NCBI GenBank assembly: GCA_964426185.1
Contig: CAYRPF010000008.1
Coordinates: forward strand, 25,651-50,391
Reading direction: 5' to 3'
Origin: an uncultured archaeon
Lineage (GTDB): Archaea > Asgardarchaeota > Lokiarchaeia > Sigyniarchaeales > Promethearchaeaceae
Length of the DNA: 24,741 nucleotides
Shown: positions 18,809 through 24,741 of the stretch, in pieces
Layout: each line of letters opens with the position of its first letter
Position numbering within the stretch: position 1 is the first letter of the stretch
Made by a program: the position numbers and the translations under genes
The notes under the pieces: model-generated
Databases searched by the model: none
The model's input: only the letters and a program-made list of their open reading frames with translations
What the model was told of the DNA's origin: nothing

Positions 18809-19768
18809 ATGACTGAAGTATTTGAAGAAGCTGATGTGGGCATTGTTCGAGAAATTGCCCAAGAAGTAATGAGCGAAGTTGCTCGTGTGATTGTTGGAAT
18901 GGGAGACGTCCTTCAAATGTTATTAATCGGACTCCTAACTAACGGGCATGTATTGCTTGAAGGTGTGCCCGGTCTGGCAAAAACAGTTACTGCAAAAACC
19001 TTTGCGGAAGCCCTAGGTATTTCGTTTAATCGAATTCAATTCACCCCAGACTTACTCCCCAGCGATTGCACCGGAAGCATGGTTTTCGATCAATCTAAGG
19101 GTGATTTCGTGATCCGAAAAGGACCACTATTTGGAAATATTATTCTGGCAGATGAAATCAACCGAACCGCTCCTAAGACTCAAGCTGCGTTATTAGAAGC
19201 TATGGGCGAAAGACAAGTAACCATTGAAGGGAAAACATATGATCTAGACAAACCGTTTATGGTGGTAGCTACACAGAACCCCATTGAGCAAGAGGGGACC
19301 TATCCTTTGCCAGAGGCGCAGTTGGATCGATTTTTATTTAAGTTATGGCTGGATTATCCACCTGAAGAGGATGAAGTGGAGATTATGGCCAGGCAGTTAT
19401 CCGGAAATAAGATTCAAATCGATCCCATCACCAGCGCCGAGGAATTAATCGAATTGCAGCGTTTGGTGGATACCGTATTTGTAAACAACACTATTTTGGA
19501 ATATATCCGGGATATCGTGTTTAAAACCCGCAACGATCCACAGATTGAGGTGGGATGCGGGCCACGGGCCAGTTTGGCGCTGATGAAGGCGGCCAAAGCT
19601 CGAGCAGCCGTACTAGGACGTGATTATGTGACTCCTGATGATGTGAAGGCGCTGTGCGTTCCGGTGCTGAATCATCGTATTGGATTAAAAGCGGAGGCAG
19701 AATTGGAAGGTTTGAGTACGACGGCGGTAATTAATCGTATTTTGAGCGAAGTAATCGTGCCAATGTAA
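18809..19768 (+). CDS. moxR: MoxR-family AAA+ ATPase (MoxR-proper type)
   Basis: GVPGLAKT Walker A, RIQFTPDLLPSD, LADEINR Walker B, ATQNPIEQEGTYPLPEAQLDRF. Start could alternatively be 18788. Confidence 0.96.
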   Translation: MTEVFEEADVGIVREIAQEVMSEVARVIVGMGDVLQMLLIGLLTNGHVLLEGVPGLAKTVTAKTFAEALGISFNRIQFTPDLLPSDCTGSMVFDQSKGDFVIRKGPLFGNIILADEINRTAPKTQAALLEAMGERQVTIEGKTYDLDKPFMVVATQNPIEQEGTYPLPEAQLDRFLFKLWLDYPPEEDEVEIMARQLSGNKIQIDPITSAEELIELQRLVDTVFVNNTILEYIRDIVFKTRNDPQIEVGCGPRASLALMKAAKARAAVLGRDYVTPDDVKALCVPVLNHRIGLKAEAELEGLSTTAVINRILSEVIVPM

Positions 19769-19898
19769 ATTAAAAAATTTTCCTTTTCATTGAGTTTTTT
19801 TTCCTTTCTGATTCGGAATTTTTCAATTTACTCTCTTATTATTATTCAGATTGCAAAATAGTTGAATTAGCAACGCACAAGAAAGAATAATAAAAAAA
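19769..19898. terminator. Bidirectional oligo-T terminator zone between convergent genes
   Basis: T-runs on the plus strand (~19795-19802) and an A-run (minus-strand T-run) at ~19892-19898. Confidence 0.45.
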
Positions 19899-21272
19899 TT
19901 AATAGAGAAAATTACGGCGATGATTTTTTTCCGATTCACGTTGTGGCCGTTTCTCTCTTTTGGAATTCGTTTGTTTTTGATAAGTTCGACGAGAGCCTTG
20001 TTTCAAAGATGTACTGAATCTTGATTTTGAGAATGTTTTTGCTCTCGATCTTTTGAAATTAGAATTTCGTGAAAATTGTCGCTTACTATTTCGCGGGGGT
20101 AATTTTCGCTGTTTTAAGTCACGTTCCATAAATCCTTCAATTCTGGAGAGAAGAGCCAATTCATCTTGTATAACTAGTGAGATGGCCGTCCCTTGGGCAA
20201 CTTCTCCTTCAACACCTATTATTCTTGCCGTTCTACCAATACGGTGCACGTAATTTTCTTCAAAAGCGGGAATATCATAATTGAATACGTGCGAAATACC
20301 TTTAATATCCAAACCACGGGCAGCGACATCGGTAGCAATTAAATGTTGGATTTTACTAGATCGAAATCGAGATAAAACCTTTTCCCGCTTAAACTGCGTT
20401 AAATTTCCACTGATCAACTCAAATTGACTTGAAATTTTAGTTTCTTGTTGAAGTCGATTGTAGAGCCATTCTCCAGTCTTTTTTGTATTTACGAAAATGA
20501 TAGAGTGCTTTGGTTTTTCTTTTTGAAAGATTCGCACAAAATGGGAATATTTATCTCGAAATTCTGGGATTAAATAGTAGAATTGTTCGCATTGTTCTAC
20601 AGTGAGGGAATCTTCCGATACATTGATCTTAGTAATAGGATCTTGTTTTGTAAATTTGGATACCAGTTGGTTAATTGCGTGGAAAAGTGTTGCAGAAAAG
20701 AGTAATAGCCGTGGATGGACTCCATGCATAGCTTGCAACAATAAATATTCAATATCAGGCATAAATCCCATGTCTAAACATCGGTCGGCCTCATCCAACA
20801 CTACGAATTTTACCTTTTTAAAGGAAACTCTGTTTCGATTGTAAATATCAATTAAACGACCAGGTGTGGCAACTATAACTTGCGCTCCTTCTTCGATTTG
20901 AGATATTTGACGGTTAATGGAAACACCACCGTAAACTTCGACAGTTTTTATTTCAGCATATTCACTTAAATTCGAAAATACTGTATGGACTTGCACACAT
21001 AATTCACGAGTGGGTACAATTACTATTGCCTGCACTTGAGGAGTTGATCGTTCAATCATTTGCACGATTGGGATAGCAAATGCTAATGTTTTTCCTGAAC
21101 CAGTTTTTGCCTGGGCGATCAAATGTGCATCAGGATTAGACAAGATGGCCGGGATGGCTTGTGCTTGAATATCGGTGGGTGTTTCGATGTTCATTTTGGT
21201 TAACCCTTTTATTATAGGGTCAATCAAGTTCATTTCTTTAAAATTGTTAATACTTTGATTTTTCATAATCAT
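19899..21272 (-). CDS. DEAD-box ATP-dependent RNA helicase (CshA/DeaD-like) with basic C-terminal tail
   Basis: Q motif TPTDIQ, AKTGSGKT, PTREL, TPGR, DEAD, SAT, ARGLD, HRIGRTAR; R/K/S-rich tail. Start may be 21266. Confidence 0.96.
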   Translation of the reverse strand: MIMKNQSINNFKEMNLIDPIIKGLTKMNIETPTDIQAQAIPAILSNPDAHLIAQAKTGSGKTLAFAIPIVQMIERSTPQVQAIVIVPTRELCVQVHTVFSNLSEYAEIKTVEVYGGVSINRQISQIEEGAQVIVATPGRLIDIYNRNRVSFKKVKFVVLDEADRCLDMGFMPDIEYLLLQAMHGVHPRLLLFSATLFHAINQLVSKFTKQDPITKINVSEDSLTVEQCEQFYYLIPEFRDKYSHFVRIFQKEKPKHSIIFVNTKKTGEWLYNRLQQETKISSQFELISGNLTQFKREKVLSRFRSSKIQHLIATDVAARGLDIKGISHVFNYDIPAFEENYVHRIGRTARIIGVEGEVAQGTAISLVIQDELALLSRIEGFMERDLKQRKLPPRNSKRQFSRNSNFKRSRAKTFSKSRFSTSLKQGSRRTYQKQTNSKREKRPQRESEKNHRRNFLY

Positions 21273-21816
21273 AACCTAAAATTCAGTAAAATTTTATCTC
21301 AGTTATCTCCATAATTCTTTGTAAAATTTGAGTGAATTTCTTTCTCCAATTGTGTTGTTGAATTAGTGTTAGATTTAATTCTTGAGATAAGAATATACTA
21401 TACTGAGAAATTTTTGATAATTTTTTGTAATGTTTCTACTTCTTATGTATGAAAATAAATCTTCGGTAAAGAATGTAACTCCTTTATTTTTTATTTTTTT
21501 TTCCAAATTCTATGTTTCAACCCTTTGGTGCTAAAAAGTTCGAAAATCATACAGTACTATCTGAAAATGAAGGAATTAGAATTTTGGGTACATTTTTGGG
21601 CCAAATAACCAAAATAAAATTATTTTTTCGGTAAGTGGCTTTCGCACCAAATTTGTTCATATTTCGAGAAGATCACTTATTTAAGTTACATTCACCTATG
21701 TTTTGGTATACGTATATGATCAAGGATGCTATGTTCCAAGTTAATATTTTTAAAAGTAATTAACAGCATTTTGATTCATAACATTGCTATTTGCTTAATT
21801 TGAGGTAGATTTAACC
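21273..21816. promoter_or_regulatory. 544-bp AT-rich divergent intergenic region with TTTGG-based palindromic sites
   Basis: TTTGGGCCAAA 21595-21605; inverted pair TTTGGTGCTAAA 21524-21535 / TTTCGCACCAAA 21640-21651; GAGGT SD before GTG 21817. Confidence 0.5.
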
Positions 21817-23145
21817 GTGCTCGGTGGAAAAGGACGATCCTTAATAATAATGGCCGCATTTTTGATTTCAGCGGGTTTAAGTTTTCATAACCACTTTTTA
21901 ATTTTGTGTGGCTCATTTTTCTTATTCGCAACTATGATTTCGATGCCTGCATTTGAGTCTTCCACAAATGTCGAAGAATTAACCGTAACCCGAGAAATCG
22001 ATAATAAACGAATTTTTCGTGACGATTTCATGCATGTGAAAGTTAGGATAAAAAATACTGGTGGCACACGCTTTGATTTTTTGGATATTTTTGATAATTT
22101 TCCAGTAGAAGTCTTTCGTTTGGTGGCTGGAGAAAATTACATTAGCACCAGAATCGATCCAAAAAGTGAAGTCGTTTTTTCCTACATCCTAGCTCCACGA
22201 GTGCGAGGAGAATTTGAACTTGGGCCTTTAGAAATTACAGTGCGGGATCGATTAGGTTTCAGTGCCGTTGAAAAGACGGTGCCAAATTCTATGACTGATA
22301 TTGTAATTTATCCCCCATACGAAGAAATTCGGGCCTTAGAATTGCTTGGAGCTAAGCGAGCGATGGCCATGTCATTCGGTGTTCATCAAGTTAAGCAAAA
22401 GGGAACTGGAACAGACTTGAGAAATTTACGACAATATGTTCCTGGTGATCAATATCGATTAATTGATTGGAAAGCGAGTATGCGGTTGCAAAAGTTGATT
22501 GTTCGAGAGTTTGAAAGTGAAAGAAACGTTTCTACTGTAATTCTTATTGATTCAAGCGAATCTATGGCTGGTGGTGCTGTGGATACGACAAAATTTGAAC
22601 TGGCAATTAAATCAGGTATGCTTCTAGCAAAATTGGCTATGGAACAAAAGGACCAAGTGGGTGTGTGCACCTTTTCAGATCGAAATCATTTTAGATGGTT
22701 GGCTCCTTCAACCCGTCGAAGTCACTATTATGATATCATTACATTTTTGGGAGAGATTACTCCAAAGGGTAATAAAGAAATCTTTTGGTCTATTGAGGAA
22801 TTCAGTCGAAATTGGGATAAGCGTTCATTGGTGTTTTTAATCACTGATTTAGAAGTAGCTGGTGTCGATATCGTTGCAGCGGTAAAAAAATTGAAATCTT
22901 ATGGGCATGCAGTGGTGATTGTTGCACCATTCAGTCCTTGGTTTGAAATCCATGAATTGGAATTATCTCCTATCGATAAAGCACTAGCAGAAGCAATTTC
23001 AGAAGAAATGATGCTTCATGTATTGCAAATACGGAAAGATTGTCAAAAATTATTGGTTCCTGTGATTTCAGTGGCACCAGACGATATGTTTGAAGTAATT
23101 GTAAATCAATATCAAGAAGCAAAACAAAAAGGGAAGGCGGATTAA
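21817..23145 (+). CDS. DUF58-family protein (N-terminal TM hairpin, Ig-like domain, vWA-like domain)
   Basis: LRQYVPGD..RLIDWKAS.R...VREFE.E signature; MIDAS-like LIDSSES and LITD; GTG start with SD. Confidence 0.92.
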   Translation: MLGGKGRSLIIMAAFLISAGLSFHNHFLILCGSFFLFATMISMPAFESSTNVEELTVTREIDNKRIFRDDFMHVKVRIKNTGGTRFDFLDIFDNFPVEVFRLVAGENYISTRIDPKSEVVFSYILAPRVRGEFELGPLEITVRDRLGFSAVEKTVPNSMTDIVIYPPYEEIRALELLGAKRAMAMSFGVHQVKQKGTGTDLRNLRQYVPGDQYRLIDWKASMRLQKLIVREFESERNVSTVILIDSSESMAGGAVDTTKFELAIKSGMLLAKLAMEQKDQVGVCTFSDRNHFRWLAPSTRRSHYYDIITFLGEITPKGNKEIFWSIEEFSRNWDKRSLVFLITDLEVAGVDIVAAVKKLKSYGHAVVIVAPFSPWFEIHELELSPIDKALAEAISEEMMLHVLQIRKDCQKLLVPVISVAPDDMFEVIVNQYQEAKQKGKAD

Positions 23146-23176
23146 TCAATCAACAAGGAAAACAGGTGGAAAACAC

Positions 23177-24739
23177 ATGGTGGAACGCAATTATCTTTTA
23201 ATAACTCTCAGAGTATGCAGTGTAGCTTTATTAGCATTACTATTAACTGAATTAAGTAAGATTTACAATCCCGAGATCTATAATGTATGGAATGTTCTGA
23301 GTATAATCGGAATGCTTAGAGATATTTTTGCATTTATATTATATATTATACTCTTTTATTTGATTAATGGCTTGGTTTTTATTGCCGTCGGAATAGCAAC
23401 GTTGTTTGGAATTAGTGCTAATTTCATACTAAATTTTGGTTATAACATTACTCAAAATTTGATCGGACGTTGGTTTAAATTTACATTTATCGATTCAACC
23501 ATTGAAACCACTTCACCAACGGTAGATCAAGCTATTCAAGGTTTAAAAGATTTATTTGAAGCGATTTCAAGCGATTTATATATGATAGGTTTGCAAATAT
23601 TGGTTATTGCCATGTTCTTTTATGCTTTACGTGGTGCTTTGACCAGTAATCCTGGAGATAGCGTTAGGGTTATTATGTATTTGAATGCCATTATTGCAAT
23701 TCCACTATTCTTTTTACAAATCGTTGAATTGTTATCCTTTTTTGGAATTCCTATCGCTACACTCCCCGAATGGTTTCAGAATATAGTTTATCATGACCTC
23801 CTTTATTCAGGTATTTTTGAAGATATTTCCCAAATGTCTTTATGGGAATTTCTCCAAACCGATATTTTTTTGGTTGCGGTTCTGGAATTTGTTTACCTTG
23901 AATTTGTGTTTCAATTATCATATGTGGATCAAGTTACCCGACCTTCTATTGAACGTGAAGAACGCCTCTCCCATCAAATTGAAGTAATGCATGAAGAAGC
24001 TCAGAAAGCGATTGCACGAATCAAAGCAATTGAAGAGCGGAAACGAGAATTAAAAATGGAAGAACGTGCTAACCTCACTCAAGAGGAACGTGAACGACGC
24101 AAACAAGAACAAGAACGTTTGTCTTTACGTTCATTGATGTCAGAATCTGGTGAACAAGTAGGTTTTTCTTATGTAGCCGAATTAATCAAAAAGAAAAAAG
24201 CAGAGCGCATGGAAGCTAAAGTTATGGGTGCTATGCGGGATACCCGAAAAATTGCCAACTATCTGGATAAATTATTCAAACAAGATCCTGAAGCACGTTC
24301 TGCCTTAACTGCCTCTTCATCGGCACCAAAATCATCACGTTTGGTATCATCTACTCTGATTAATATGTTCGTTCGAATTTTAATGATTAGTGCTATGTCT
24401 TGGGCAGCTGTGCATCCTTATCAGTTCTTTGCATTAATTGGAGCGCCTGATTCAATACTAAAAAGTGTGGAGCTTCAAATCTACGAAGGATCTTGGAGTA
24501 TTATTCTTCCTTTAGTATTAATAATTCCTCTGATTTCTTATATCATCAGAATAACCAAAAATGCCAAATTGCAAGAAATGCTTAGGTTAGAAGCCATCCG
24601 TAGGGCAGGTTTAACTGAAGAGGAATATGAAGCACTTCAAGCCCAACGAGAAGGAGAGCTTACCGAAGAAGAAGTGCAAATGGCTCGGGATAAGGATGTC
24701 CTCGCCGATGAAGCGAAAAAAGCGGCACAGTTTAAATAA
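23177..24739 (+). CDS. Uncharacterised polytopic membrane protein with long E/R/K-rich coiled-coil loop and tail
   Basis: AGGTGG SD; ~5-6 N-terminal and 2 C-terminal hydrophobic segments; EERKRELKMEER...EERERRKQEQER; TAA at 24737-24739. Confidence 0.8.
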   Translation: MVERNYLLITLRVCSVALLALLLTELSKIYNPEIYNVWNVLSIIGMLRDIFAFILYIILFYLINGLVFIAVGIATLFGISANFILNFGYNITQNLIGRWFKFTFIDSTIETTSPTVDQAIQGLKDLFEAISSDLYMIGLQILVIAMFFYALRGALTSNPGDSVRVIMYLNAIIAIPLFFLQIVELLSFFGIPIATLPEWFQNIVYHDLLYSGIFEDISQMSLWEFLQTDIFLVAVLEFVYLEFVFQLSYVDQVTRPSIEREERLSHQIEVMHEEAQKAIARIKAIEERKRELKMEERANLTQEERERRKQEQERLSLRSLMSESGEQVGFSYVAELIKKKKAERMEAKVMGAMRDTRKIANYLDKLFKQDPEARSALTASSSAPKSSRLVSSTLINMFVRILMISAMSWAAVHPYQFFALIGAPDSILKSVELQIYEGSWSIILPLVLIIPLISYIIRITKNAKLQEMLRLEAIRRAGLTEEEYEALQAQREGELTEEEVQMARDKDVLADEAKKAAQFK

Positions 24740-24741
24740 TG

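Noticed and set aside
21640-21651. TTTCGCACCAAA resembles the eukaryotic E2F site TTTCGCGCCAAA
   Set aside because: Mismatch in the CGCG core and no evidence of a cognate factor; kept only as a generic inverted repeat.
19899-21816. Mobile element carrying the helicase
   Set aside because: No transposase, integrase, terminal repeats or target-site duplication seen around the gene.
411-23987. Short alternative-frame and antisense ORFs in the track (e.g. 411-602, 5377-5703, 11868-12170, 16587-16892, 20602-20844)
   Set aside because: All overlap well-supported genes and show no recognisable motifs; treated as shadow ORFs.

Overview
AT-rich archaeal-type chromosomal window with no rRNA, tRNA, CRISPR or transposase detected. 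GGTG(A)-type Shine-Dalgarno motifs, TTTAAA boxes, oligo-T terminators, a type II MetAP and a eukaryote-like PPP phosphatase suggest an Asgard/Lokiarchaeia-like host; this is inference. Left part (1-6544): Ser/Thr phosphatase, two helical + disordered + zinc-ribbon proteins (one MIT-like), an NDP-sugar epimerase, map and tmk. Right part (6744-24741): a ~18 kb cell-surface/membrane locus. It encodes a 2361-aa exported protein with an apparently catalytically dead transglutaminase-like domain and ten tandem Ig-like repeats, an Ig-TM-DUF4129-like protein, a stand-alone DUF4129-like paralogue, a polytopic DUF4350/GldG-like protein, a MoxR AAA+ ATPase, a DUF58/vWA protein and a coiled-coil polytopic membrane protein. 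An inverted DEAD-box helicase gene interrupts the locus between moxR and DUF58. Both halves carry the same pseudo-palindrome (TTTGGGCCAAA) upstream. All family calls are by motif recognition, not database search.
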